DNA from: an uncultured virus (IMG/VR IMGVR_UViG_3300026521_000636)
Lineage: Duplodnaviria; Heunggongvirae; Uroviricota; Caudoviricetes
Strand: one strand, 5' to 3'
IMG/VR virus record: IMGVR_UViG_3300026521_000636
Length of the DNA: 64,000 nucleotides
The notes under the pieces were generated by a model. That model had not been told where the DNA came from and did not search any database. It worked only from the letters and a program-made list of their open reading frames with translations. Below, one piece after another: positions 9,271-19,313 of this stretch (position 1 is its first letter; each line of letters begins with the position of its first letter). The position numbers were made by a program, and so were the translations under genes.

Positions 9271-11961
9271 ATGAATAAAATTAAAACACAAGTACATACT
9301 ATAATAATGCTTATTGGACCTAGTGGTTCTGGTAAAACAACATTCGCTAATGAAATTCTAATACCCACATTACAAGAATATAAAGGTAGTGGAAATGACA
9401 ATTTAAAAACAAATATACAATATATTAGTTCTGATGATATTAGAAAAGATATTTTAGGATATAATTATAGTAAAATAGATGAAATTATGACTGAAAGTTC
9501 AACACAAGCATTTGAAATATTATTTACAAAATTAAGAGCTGTTACTAGTTATCCAATCAATGCTGAATTTGTTATTTTAGATACAACTGGATTAAGTGAA
9601 AAATTTAGAAATGATGTTTTAGATATAGCAAAAGATAATAATTATAATGTCGATATTATAGTTTTCGATTATAAGAATATTGATGAATATCAGAAAAATT
9701 TTTCTGATGAAGTTTATCAACAACCTAGTACTAATGGCAAAATTATTTCTAAGCATATAAAAAGATTAAAAACAGAAACATTAAAAACATTAAAAAAAGG
9801 TGTATATAAAAATATTCATAAAATTAAAAATAAAGATTTTCTTTTAGAAGTTGAACAGGAGAATCCATATGATTTAACACCTACTATGTTAAAACCTCTT
9901 TATAGTGTAGATGTATGGGATTGGAAAAAATATACTGATAGAATATTAAATAGTACTTATGATTGGATTACTATTGGTGATGTTCATGGATGTATTCATG
10001 AATTAAAACAATTACTTGAAAAATATGGTTTTATAATTGAAGACAATGAAATCATAGATACAAACAAAACAAAAAATATAGGATTGATTTTTGCAGGTGA
10101 TTTAATTGATAAGTCGTCAGAAGAAGATTTAACTGAAACTATAAGATTTATACATAAAAATATGATAAAATTTCAAGATCGTTTTCAATTAATATTAGGT
10201 AATCATGAAGAGATGGTCTGGAAATGGATAACAAATCATAAAGATTTAGAAATTACTCCAGAACGATTGGATCAGAAAAAAAGATACTATAATACAGCAA
10301 TTTTACTAGAGAAAAATGAAGAGTTAAAATCTATGTTTTTAGATATTTTTCATAATATGAAAGGTTGGGTTAAATTTATAGGATTAAACAAAAGAAGTTT
10401 TGTAGTTACACATGCACCATGTGAGGTTAAATATCTCGAAAAAATGGATCGTATTTCATTAAAACGTCAATATAAATGCGCTAGTAGAAGTAAAAACAAA
10501 GATAAGACTAATGATGAACTAACACCATATTTAAAAGAAGAAGCAGTTAATAACCATCCAGTTCACATATTTGGTCATATGGGACAATCATCTGTTAGAT
10601 CTTTTAAAAATAAAGTTTGTATTGATACAGGCTGTGTATATGGTGGAAGATTAACTGGATACAGTATAGGATACGGTAAACCATTTATTCAAAGTGTAAA
10701 ATCATTATCTCCTAAGAGTGCAAGAAACGACTTTGGAAATAATCTATTTGAAGATATAGGTAAAGCTATAAAAGAAGTATCTATTGAAGATTTAAATCCA
10801 TACAACCAAAAAAGATTAGATTATATAGTAAAAAATGGCATAGGATACATAGGAGGTACAATTTCACCTTCAAATAAAAACATCGAAAAAAATTCACTAG
10901 AATCTTTAGATAGTGGACTTAATTATTTCAAAGATAAAGTAGATAGTGTAGTTCTACAACCTAAATATATGGGGTCTAGAGCACAACTGTATCTCTTTAA
11001 AGATAATATTGAAAAATGCTATGCTACAAGTAGAAATGGATATAAAATTAGAGAGGACTTAACTGATTTATTCTCATCTAAATTAATAGAATACAAGCAT
11101 ATTTTTGATATGTATAATGCTGATGAGATAATTATAGATGGTGAATTATTACCATGGGCTCTTTTAGGAAAAGGTTTGATAGAAACACATTTTAAAACTG
11201 CGGATATAGCTATCCAAACAGAAATCGACTTTCTGGATGATAATGGGTTTGATAAGGCTTTTTTAAGTTTAAAGGATGAATTTAATGAATCAGAATTTTT
11301 AAAAGATAAAAATATTTTAGCTAAAAAAGAATTAGCTAAAAAATATGGTCACAAATATCACTCTTATAAAGATTTAAAATTTGAAATTGATAGATTCATA
11401 CCTTTAAGTAAACACAAAAAAGCTTGGAAAATTTTCAATAAACAAATAACCCTTTATGGAGATGATACAAATACAGATTTTAAAGGTTTTAGATTATTAA
11501 AAGTAATATCAAATAACAATATAATCGATTTGGATCTAACCCCTAGCGAACACTTTAAACTATTAAATTCAGATGATATTCATATTGTTGATTTCAATGA
11601 TAAAGACTATTTAGTTAAAGCTGAAAGATGGTATGATGATTTAGTGAGTAATCAAAATATGGAAGGTTGTGTAATAAAACCGGAAGTAAAGTTATTAGAA
11701 TCTTGGATTGCTCCATATTTAAAAGTAAGAAATGAAGAATATCTTTCTATCATTTATGGGTATGATTATAAATTCCCTGTCAAATTTAATAGATTATTAA
11801 ATCAAAAAAATATTTCTAAAAAATTAAGACTCTCTATATCAGAGTATAAATTAGGAGAAGAAATGCTTAAAGCTCCTATGGGTAGTAAAGAACAAATACA
11901 GATTATAGCCAATCTATTATTTGAAAATGAAAAAGAAGAAAGCGTCGATCCAAGATTATAA
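9271..11961 (+). CDS. pnkp: bacterial-type Pnkp (polynucleotide kinase, phosphatase, ligase)
   Basis: P-loop GPSGSGKT; metallophosphoesterase GDVHG/GDLID/GNHE/IDTGCVYGG; ligase motif QPKYMGSR, DGELLPW, EGCVIKP. Confidence 0.93.
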   Translation: MNKIKTQVHTIIMLIGPSGSGKTTFANEILIPTLQEYKGSGNDNLKTNIQYISSDDIRKDILGYNYSKIDEIMTESSTQAFEILFTKLRAVTSYPINAEFVILDTTGLSEKFRNDVLDIAKDNNYNVDIIVFDYKNIDEYQKNFSDEVYQQPSTNGKIISKHIKRLKTETLKTLKKGVYKNIHKIKNKDFLLEVEQENPYDLTPTMLKPLYSVDVWDWKKYTDRILNSTYDWITIGDVHGCIHELKQLLEKYGFIIEDNEIIDTNKTKNIGLIFAGDLIDKSSEEDLTETIRFIHKNMIKFQDRFQLILGNHEEMVWKWITNHKDLEITPERLDQKKRYYNTAILLEKNEELKSMFLDIFHNMKGWVKFIGLNKRSFVVTHAPCEVKYLEKMDRISLKRQYKCASRSKNKDKTNDELTPYLKEEAVNNHPVHIFGHMGQSSVRSFKNKVCIDTGCVYGGRLTGYSIGYGKPFIQSVKSLSPKSARNDFGNNLFEDIGKAIKEVSIEDLNPYNQKRLDYIVKNGIGYIGGTISPSNKNIEKNSLESLDSGLNYFKDKVDSVVLQPKYMGSRAQLYLFKDNIEKCYATSRNGYKIREDLTDLFSSKLIEYKHIFDMYNADEIIIDGELLPWALLGKGLIETHFKTADIAIQTEIDFLDDNGFDKAFLSLKDEFNESEFLKDKNILAKKELAKKYGHKYHSYKDLKFEIDRFIPLSKHKKAWKIFNKQITLYGDDTNTDFKGFRLLKVISNNNIIDLDLTPSEHFKLLNSDDIHIVDFNDKDYLVKAERWYDDLVSNQNMEGCVIKPEVKLLESWIAPYLKVRNEEYLSIIYGYDYKFPVKFNRLLNQKNISKKLRLSISEYKLGEEMLKAPMGSKEQIQIIANLLFENEKEESVDPRL

Positions 11962-12236
11962 TAGTATTTTTGTATAATTCTAATAAATAATTAGTCATAT
12001 CGACAAAAGGAGATAATTATGTTACATTCAATTAGTAGATCTTATTTAAATTTTATTCTTACTCGGATAGCATTTACGTAAATACATTTATTGAATCTTC
12101 TATAAAAAATATCTTTGATTTAGGTGGTGATTTATGAGTTTAATAATCATCTCCTATATAATAAAATGGTATAAAAAGAAAAAATAGAAGTCAAATCACT
12201 ATGGTAACATGATTTGTATATTTATCGGATGAAATT

Positions 12237-12575
12237 TCATCTAATTTGATTATCATCCGATATTAAAGGGTTTACTCGATAACCTTTGTAAATTTTATTT
12301 TTTAACGAATCATTCACACAAGCATCATACTTTTTTAAAAACTGATTTGATATTTCTAAATATCTATTTTGTAATTCATATGATTTTACATTATTAACTT
12401 TATTTAAAAAATTTATTACTTCTTTTTTATATATTAAACATGAATCTTTAATATTTCTTTGATCAATTATAATTATTTTATTTTTGATATATGAAATCCC
12501 TTCAGATGCATTATACCATTGATCATCAGCGTTTAAAAATATTATACTAATTAATATTATTAATATCTTTTGCAT
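12237..12575 (-). CDS. hypothetical exported protein
   Basis: N-terminal signal-peptide-like stretch. Confidence 0.65.
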   Translation of the reverse strand: MQKILIILISIIFLNADDQWYNASEGISYIKNKIIIIDQRNIKDSCLIYKKEVINFLNKVNNVKSYELQNRYLEISNQFLKKYDACVNDSLKNKIYKGYRVNPLISDDNQIR

Positions 12576-12940
12576 TGTTCAGTATCCTCCATTAATCTTT
12601 CTATCGGTTCCCATTTAGCATTTGTACTGATTTTTTTATATTTTTTCTTGAGAGATTGTAATATACTATAATTTTCTAAATACTCATCCCATTCCGTATC
12701 ACTTACTGCACATGGATTATGTTCAGAACGACGCACTATATCTTTCAATATCATCATTTGAGTAATCTCTATTCGTTCAGTATTTTCCGATATACTATCT
12801 AATATACCCTCATAACTAATATACCCACCAATACCGACTGTAATAACAAAAGATAAAAATCCGTATAAGGCAACGACTGTATTCGTCATTTTATTAAATT
12901 TATCAAAAAATGAATTATTATTTTCTTTATTTTTAGACAT
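12560..12940 (-). CDS. membrane-anchored hypothetical protein (late promoter)
   Basis: One TM helix; GAGG RBS; TATAAATA at 12962-12969. Confidence 0.75.
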   Translation of the reverse strand: MSKNKENNNSFFDKFNKMTNTVVALYGFLSFVITVGIGGYISYEGILDSISENTERIEITQMMILKDIVRRSEHNPCAVSDTEWDEYLENYSILQSLKKKYKKISTNAKWEPIERLMEDTEQCKRY

Positions 12941-13080
12941 TTTATTACCTCTATTTTTCTTTATTTATATTTAAGTATTTTTTTTGTATAATATAATATA
13001 AATAAAAACACACTTTGTGTATTATTAAAACTGTTATTGGATCTAACACAAGTTAGAATGAATAACTAAGGAGAACTAAT

Positions 13081-13719
13081 ATGAAAAAAATACTTATAGT
13101 AGTAGACTACCAATTTGACTTTGCTAGCCCAACAGGGGCTCTATCAGTACCCAATGCTGATAAAATAGTTGATAACATCCAATCTTATATCAATGATAAA
13201 TCGTATGAAAATATAATTTATACTTTTGATACTCATACATCTGATAAATATAATGGTTCTGATGAATCTAAAATTTTTCCTTCAATTCATTGTGAATTTG
13301 GAACAATCGGTTGGAATTTTTATAAAATTAAACCCAGATATAAAAATTGGGATAATTTTATTGCAAATCGTGGAATCGATGAAGGTACAGTACCTTTTAA
13401 CACCTTTATAGTTGAATCGGAAATGTTTTTTACAAAAGATGTTTTTGATATTTGGCAAGGAAATTCAATCTTTAAATCTATTTTTACAAATACCTTTAAA
13501 CCAAAGGACACAATTATAGACATTGTAGGTGTAGCTACAAATTACTGCGTATTTATGAATGTTATGGGTCTAGTAAAAAATGGTTATACAGTTAATGTTC
13601 TTTCAGATGCTGTTGAAGGGATTAAATCATTTCCAGATGGATCAATAGATGATAGTTTTCAAACAAATATCAATGTTATGAAAAATAAAGGTGTAACTTT
13701 TTCTGGAGACATAAAATGA
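13081..13719 (+). CDS. pncA: nicotinamidase (isochorismatase family)
   Basis: VVDYQFDF...GALSV, DTH, HC, GVATNYCV catalytic Cys motif. Confidence 0.88.
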   Translation: MKKILIVVDYQFDFASPTGALSVPNADKIVDNIQSYINDKSYENIIYTFDTHTSDKYNGSDESKIFPSIHCEFGTIGWNFYKIKPRYKNWDNFIANRGIDEGTVPFNTFIVESEMFFTKDVFDIWQGNSIFKSIFTNTFKPKDTIIDIVGVATNYCVFMNVMGLVKNGYTVNVLSDAVEGIKSFPDGSIDDSFQTNINVMKNKGVTFSGDIK

Positions 13720-14612
13720 TTATGAAAGTAATAGAAAGTTCAGAAGAGAATGTTTGGAAATATATTTTTAATGATAATGAAATAGTTTTGGAAAGTGTAT
13801 TATATAAATACGGTTCATTCGATAAAAGAACTGTTATTTGTTGTTCTGTACAAAGTGGTTGTCCGGTTGGATGTACATTTTGTGGAACAGGTGCAAATTT
13901 CTTAAAAAATATTTCATCAGATCAAATAGTTGAGCAAATAACAACTATTTTTAAAGATAAAAATATCGAGGATATAAACAGTAGATGTGAAAAGCTTCAA
14001 ATAATGTTTATGAGTATGGGTGAACCATTTCTTAATTACAAAAATGTTAAAGAAGCAATAATTAAATTGAATAAATTATACCCTAATGCCGACTTATTAA
14101 TATCTACTGTTGGTATTAATGATGATAAAATTTTTAAAGATTTTATTTCATTATCTAAAATGATTAAAAAAGTTGGTTTACAATTTAGTATTCATAAATC
14201 AAATGATACAGATAGAGATAAATTAATACCCTTTAAAAAGAAATATACACTTAGGGAAATCAGAGATAGAGGTACTATTTGGCATAAAGAAACAGGGAGA
14301 CAAGTATATCTCAACTACTGTGTTGATGGTACAAATAATAGTCAAAATGATATTGAGAATCTTAAGAATCTCTTTTCTCCAATTATTTTTAATATGACAT
14401 TTAGTGTTATTTGTGAAGCAGATGAAACAATGAAAGATAGTTCATGTAGAAATTTGAATACGATTAGAGATTTTGAAAAATCTTTTATTGAAGAAGGGTA
14501 TAATACCAGAATATTTGATCCTGCTGGACAGGACGATATTGGTGGAGGATGTGGCCAATTATGGTTCGTTCAAGATTATCTTAAAAATAAAAAAATGAAA
14601 GCAGAGGTATAA
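13716..14612 (+). CDS. RlmN/Cfr-family radical SAM RNA methyltransferase-like protein (short N-terminus)
   Basis: CCSVQSGCPVGCTFC, MSMGEP, ISTVG, C-terminal DIGGGCGQL. Confidence 0.85.
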   Translation: MIMKVIESSEENVWKYIFNDNEIVLESVLYKYGSFDKRTVICCSVQSGCPVGCTFCGTGANFLKNISSDQIVEQITTIFKDKNIEDINSRCEKLQIMFMSMGEPFLNYKNVKEAIIKLNKLYPNADLLISTVGINDDKIFKDFISLSKMIKKVGLQFSIHKSNDTDRDKLIPFKKKYTLREIRDRGTIWHKETGRQVYLNYCVDGTNNSQNDIENLKNLFSPIIFNMTFSVICEADETMKDSSCRNLNTIRDFEKSFIEEGYNTRIFDPAGQDDIGGGCGQLWFVQDYLKNKKMKAEV

Positions 14613-14616
14613 AATT

Positions 14617-15570
14617 ATGGAAAAAATAGAAACACTAACCGATATGGTAGAAGTAATCAGAGAAATAAAAACACCGACAAGTCAAAAAGCTAATATGGTT
14701 GTAGGAAATATTAGAGCACAAATTAAAAATTACGTACAACGTAATAATCTTAAATCACTTGTAGTAGGTGTGAGTGGGGGTCTTGATTCAGCTGTTGTAG
14801 CGGCTCTTTGTCAAGAAGAATTTACAGGAGTACCTCTAATTGGTCTTTCTATTCCTATGAGTTCAACTAACGCTCACAAAGAACAGGCAGAATGGGTAGG
14901 TAATACCTTTTGTACGGCTTTTGAAGAATTCAACTATTGGGATGAAACTTTTCAGTACAATGAAGAAGAAGGTACTGATATGATGAGTGAAGTATTTAAT
15001 ACCGTTTCAGCAACAGATAAAGTTGCTGAAAAAGCAGGATTTAAAACGGAAGATTTTCCAAAAAATGTTCTTCAAGGTAATATTAAAGCGAGGCTTAGAA
15101 TGATAACTCTTTATGACCTTGCAAGAAAAACAAACGGTATGGTTCTTTCAACAGATAACCTTTCTGAATTTCAAATGGGATTTTGGACTATTTGTGGTGA
15201 TGTAGGTGATTTTGGACCTATCCAAAATGTTGGTAAGGGGTTTGAGCTTCCAGCCATAGCAAGAGCTCTTGGAATAAGAGCAGATATTATCACTCAATCG
15301 CCTAGTGATGGACTAATGGTAACTGAAGAAAATACAGATGAGGCTCAACTTGGAGCTAATTATGAGGAAGTTGATACTATTATGAGTATTTATCTTGGCA
15401 ATATCAATAAACCAAAAGAAATTATAGATAAACTTAAAAGTAACCTATTTAATATTATTAATGATAAAAAGAGTGCTAAGAAAATTTCAAATGTAATTAC
15501 ACGTTATGAAAATTCACACTTTAAACGTAATGGTACAATCAACCTTACAAGAGAACAGATCGGAATCTAA
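14617..15570 (+). CDS. nadE: NH3-dependent NAD+ synthetase
   Basis: GVSGGLDS, GNIKARLRMITLY, TDNLSE, GD, PSDGL...DEAQLG. Confidence 0.92.
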   Translation: MEKIETLTDMVEVIREIKTPTSQKANMVVGNIRAQIKNYVQRNNLKSLVVGVSGGLDSAVVAALCQEEFTGVPLIGLSIPMSSTNAHKEQAEWVGNTFCTAFEEFNYWDETFQYNEEEGTDMMSEVFNTVSATDKVAEKAGFKTEDFPKNVLQGNIKARLRMITLYDLARKTNGMVLSTDNLSEFQMGFWTICGDVGDFGPIQNVGKGFELPAIARALGIRADIITQSPSDGLMVTEENTDEAQLGANYEEVDTIMSIYLGNINKPKEIIDKLKSNLFNIINDKKSAKKISNVITRYENSHFKRNGTINLTREQIGI

Positions 15571-15595
15571 ATTCCGATCAAAAAAAAGGATATTT

Positions 15596-15940
15596 ATGGT
15601 TTACCGTTCTAAAGCTGATTTAGAGGAAATTAGAAAGTCACAAAATAATATTAAATTATATGCTGTATATTCACATCTTGCATTACCCGTATTTAAAATC
15701 AAATCATTAAGTAAAAAATATGTATATTGGGAAGATAATTCAAAACATCCATATCCTAGTAATTCAGCAGGTTATATATTAACAGACAATTTATATGAAG
15801 GTTGGAAAATATATAAAGATACTTATAATAAACGGAAAAAATTTATTGAAGACCAATATAAATCAGAAATACAAAAATTAACAATGGCAGAATCTATACT
15901 AGATTCTCTTTCAAAATCAAATCCAGAACTTTTTATCTGA
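15596..15940 (+). CDS. hypothetical protein
   Basis: ATG 15596 after AAGGA RBS; ends SNPELFI. Confidence 0.7.
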   Translation: MVYRSKADLEEIRKSQNNIKLYAVYSHLALPVFKIKSLSKKYVYWEDNSKHPYPSNSAGYILTDNLYEGWKIYKDTYNKRKKFIEDQYKSEIQKLTMAESILDSLSKSNPELFI

Positions 15941-15969
15941 TTTTAAGTATAATTCCATTATAATCCACT

Positions 15970-16290
15970 ATGTTAAATAATTTAAAATTAAAGTTCATTT
16001 ATACATTTATCAATTTTAAAATACAAAGGGTAGGACATATGTTAAATCTCAAAATAGATCCAGATAATAAATCCATAAAATTATCTATTTTATTACTTGG
16101 TGAAGATGAACCATTAGATATAGATATTAAATCTTATGAACTAATAGAAGAAAATAATAAATCTTATATAAAAATAAATGATGTAGAAACTAGTAAAACA
16201 TGGATGAATATCCTAATATTAGAATTTGTTGAAAATAATAAGATAGAAATTTCAAATAAAATTTCAAAACTATTGAAAATAATTATATAA
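15970..16290 (+). CDS. hypothetical protein
   Basis: 106-aa ORF downstream of a TTAAG-N11-TATAAT promoter. Confidence 0.7.
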   Translation: MLNNLKLKFIYTFINFKIQRVGHMLNLKIDPDNKSIKLSILLLGEDEPLDIDIKSYELIEENNKSYIKINDVETSKTWMNILILEFVENNKIEISNKISKLLKIII

Positions 16291-16303
16291 AAAAGGACAT
16301 AGC

Positions 16304-16507
16304 ATGACACATAATGAATTAACAAAATTAAATAATTTAGTAGAAAACCTAAATACAAAATTTAATGAAAATAAAACATTAGAGGGTTTTATACGTTTTA
16401 CGAAAAAAATTAATATGGTTGAGACAGTTTCATTTAAACAAGTTAAGTATGAGATTGATTTAATGTATGAACGTCTTTTAGAAGAACAAGAAGAAAATAC
16501 ATGGTAA
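16304..16507 (+). CDS. hypothetical protein
   Basis: AAGGA RBS, 67 aa. Confidence 0.65.
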   Translation: MTHNELTKLNNLVENLNTKFNENKTLEGFIRFTKKINMVETVSFKQVKYEIDLMYERLLEEQEENTW

Positions 16508-16516
16508 AGGATAACT

Positions 16517-17656
16517 ATGAAAAAAAGTATGAGAGAAGAATCTTTAGGAACTAGACTTAAAGGTTATGAAAGAGAGTTTGAATCAGTAATCGATCCAAAG
16601 GATTTTATTATTTGTAGAATTGATGGACATAAATTTAGCAAATATACAAAAGGTATGAAAAAACCATTTGATAAAATGTTGTCAAATACAATGGAGGAAA
16701 CTACTAAAGACCTTGTTGAAAAATTTGGAGCCGTAACGGGCTATACGCAATCTGATGAAATTTCATTGGTTTTTGTCCCTCAATTCAAAGAAAGATTAAT
16801 ACCTATTGAAACCAAAGAATTATTTGTTCTTAATGATGAAGAAGCAACCTATAAAGTTTATGACAAAGAATACAACTTGCTAGGTTCATTAGATATTAGT
16901 TATGAAGATATGGATGATGAATATTTCAGTATTAACTTTTGGGTAGTTTCTGATACTAATGATGAAATTATCGATCAATGTTCTTGGCAAAATAGAAACT
17001 CTAAAACTGAGGCTAAAGCATTAGAAACGCTTTTAAAGTATATCATTAAGAAAGTTGAAATAACAAATGAGCAAATTTTTGGAGGAAGAGTTCAGAAATT
17101 AACTTCTTTGATTGCGGCATATACTACTATGCAGTTTAATAAACACTTTTCTAAATTTTTAGAAAAAACATACGAAGATTATGAAGAAAAATTAGAAAAG
17201 GGCGAAATCGATACGAATAGTTTAGAGGCCATGAAATACCTTAAAACAATGGATGAAAAAGTAGGTAATGCTTGGTTTGATGCTAGAGTTTATGGCGTAT
17301 CATCTAAAGAAGAAGCATTTAACAGTATTATGTGGCGAATTCGTGATGCCGAGAAGAACTCTAGATCAATGTTTGCACAGACATACTGCTCTCATAAATC
17401 GCTATTAGGAAAAAATGGTCTTGAACAGGTTGAATACTGTAAAGAAACTACTGGTAAAGATTGGGAAGAAGTTGAAGATAAATACAAATATGGCATTTTA
17501 GTTAAAAAAGAAAAATATCTTAAACCTATTTCTGAAGGGACTATGGATTATGCTCAAAATGATTTTGTAGAAAGATCCAGAATTATTAGTTGGGCTGAAA
17601 AAATTACTACTTTCTCTGGTGAAAAAGTTGAAATGGTTGTTAGGAAATATAAATGA
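16517..17656 (+). CDS. thg1: tRNA(His) guanylyltransferase Thg1 / Thg1-like 3'-5' polymerase
   Basis: RIDGHKFSKYT..KPFD, YTQSDEISL, FGGRVQKL, FDARV, WR..DA.KNS. Confidence 0.92.
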   Translation: MKKSMREESLGTRLKGYEREFESVIDPKDFIICRIDGHKFSKYTKGMKKPFDKMLSNTMEETTKDLVEKFGAVTGYTQSDEISLVFVPQFKERLIPIETKELFVLNDEEATYKVYDKEYNLLGSLDISYEDMDDEYFSINFWVVSDTNDEIIDQCSWQNRNSKTEAKALETLLKYIIKKVEITNEQIFGGRVQKLTSLIAAYTTMQFNKHFSKFLEKTYEDYEEKLEKGEIDTNSLEAMKYLKTMDEKVGNAWFDARVYGVSSKEEAFNSIMWRIRDAEKNSRSMFAQTYCSHKSLLGKNGLEQVEYCKETTGKDWEEVEDKYKYGILVKKEKYLKPISEGTMDYAQNDFVERSRIISWAEKITTFSGEKVEMVVRKYK

Positions 17657-17919
17657 TTTCTAATCCTCCAGAAGATTTAGTAGAGGTTGTGAAACTTCTA
17701 CTAACAGATAATCTTAAAGATTTTAAACCTTTAGATGATTTTATTAAAACAGATGAAAATGATTTGATAAAATATCATTTTAGTTTGGGTATGGAGTTAA
17801 GAAATCATTATAGTTTATGGACGAAAAGATTCGAAGATAAAAATGGCTTTGAAATTCATCCAGATGACGTATCATTTGAATTTATAAAATATGCTCATAC
17901 ACAATTAAAAATTAATTAG
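17653..17919 (+). CDS. hypothetical protein (DUF6794-like)
   Basis: HFSLGMELRNHYSLW...HPDDVS motif. Confidence 0.65.
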   Translation: MISNPPEDLVEVVKLLLTDNLKDFKPLDDFIKTDENDLIKYHFSLGMELRNHYSLWTKRFEDKNGFEIHPDDVSFEFIKYAHTQLKIN

Positions 17920-17927
17920 GAAAATTT

Positions 17928-18356
17928 ATGAAACCTACGTCTATTGGAATTATTCCCTATCGGTTTTCTGAAAACGGGGTATCTATTCTTTTAATGCGGT
18001 CTTCTAAGAAAAATGATAGATTCGATTTTGTTAAAGGTAAGATAGAACCTTATGAAACTAGAGTAGACTGTTGTTTACGAGAAGTTCAGGAAGAAATAGG
18101 TGTTTCACTTTCCAAAGAAGATTTAGACTTTTCTGTTAAGCAATACAATAAGAAGAAAAATATTGAATTATTCTTTATTCATTGGGATAAATATTTGTAT
18201 AAGCAATTTAAATTAGATGAACGAGAAGTTTTTGAACTAAAATGGTTTAATTTGAATGAAATACCTACAATTTCTCAGAACCAACGTTTGATTATTACGA
18301 AAATAAATGAAAGATTTAACAAATTACATCAACTACTAAGGAGTAACTATGTTTGA
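17928..18356 (+). CDS. Nudix hydrolase
   Basis: Nudix box KGKIEPYETRVDCCLREVQEEIG. Confidence 0.9.
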   Translation: MKPTSIGIIPYRFSENGVSILLMRSSKKNDRFDFVKGKIEPYETRVDCCLREVQEEIGVSLSKEDLDFSVKQYNKKKNIELFFIHWDKYLYKQFKLDEREVFELKWFNLNEIPTISQNQRLIITKINERFNKLHQLLRSNYV

Positions 18357-18498
18357 TGAATTAAAAATTACTTGTCTTAAAACTGGCGAATTTAAAATAC
18401 TTAATATATGGGAAAGTAGACTATCTATTCATGACCTCAATATTATAACATTGTTTTACAAAAATCATAAAGATTTTACTATTGAAGTTGTTGAATGA
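18349..18498 (+). CDS. small hypothetical protein (49 aa, not in ORF track)
   Basis: AAGGAG RBS; overlaps both neighbours and fills the operon gap. Confidence 0.6.
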   Translation: MFDELKITCLKTGEFKILNIWESRLSIHDLNIITLFYKNHKDFTIEVVE

Positions 18499-19016
18499 AC
18501 GCCTTGTTCTTAGATATTGATGGAGTTTTAAATAATTACCATCTTAAAGAACCATTTACTTTTCCAAACGGTTATACACAGCAACCAGTTAAAGGCACTC
18601 AAAATAAATGGAATGGTTTAATGGGTATGGATTATGATAAAGTTAATTTATTAAATGAAATACTTGAAAGTAACGAGTGGAAAGTAATAATATCAAGCTC
18701 TTGGTATTATTCGGATAGTACTGTTAATGCGTTAAAACATTTTGGTTTTAAATATTCAGATAGAATTATTGGTGGTACAAATAGAAAATCATATGGTAGA
18801 GGAAAACAAATCCTAGATGCTGTTGAAGATTTTAAAGTAACAGATTTTATTATTTTAGATGATGAACTATTTGATATTACTGGAAACTCTGAATTTGTTA
18901 GTAATAATATGCGAGAAATATTTAGAGATAGAGTGTTTAAAACAAATCCATACATAGGTTTAACTGAAAAGACAGTCTCTAATATTTTAAAAAGATTAGA
19001 CTATTTTATAATTTAA
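18495..19016 (+). CDS. HAD-family phosphatase (type found with RNA-repair proteins)
   Basis: FLDIDGVLN, IISSSW, ILDD. Confidence 0.85.
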   Translation: MNALFLDIDGVLNNYHLKEPFTFPNGYTQQPVKGTQNKWNGLMGMDYDKVNLLNEILESNEWKVIISSSWYYSDSTVNALKHFGFKYSDRIIGGTNRKSYGRGKQILDAVEDFKVTDFIILDDELFDITGNSEFVSNNMREIFRDRVFKTNPYIGLTEKTVSNILKRLDYFII

Positions 19017-19054
19017 GGTATAAATATATTAAAAATAGAATATGGAGAATATTT

Positions 19055-19309
19055 ATGAAATTTTCAACAGTAAAAGAAATGGAAGAGACATTGAAAAAAA
19101 TTAAATCAAAAAAAGAATTATCTCAAGATATATCATTTAGAAGTCAAGGTGAAGAAATTTTTCTTGAATTTATAGGTGAAGGAACAAGACAAAATCTTAA
19201 AGATATGATATGGATAGGTAGAGAAACAGCAGATAATCTAAGGATTTCATTTGATGATAATGGCGATGATTCAATTAATATCCTAGAATATTCTTTAAAT
19301 AGAGGATAA
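19055..19309 (+). CDS. hypothetical protein (late promoter)
   Basis: GGAG RBS, TATAAATA at 19019. Confidence 0.7.
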   Translation: MKFSTVKEMEETLKKIKSKKELSQDISFRSQGEEIFLEFIGEGTRQNLKDMIWIGRETADNLRISFDDNGDDSINILEYSLNRG

Positions 19310-19313
19310 TAAA

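Noticed and set aside
12237..12940. Overlapping late membrane genes as a spanin pair
   Set aside because: The second protein has no lipobox cysteine and no lysis genes are adjacent.
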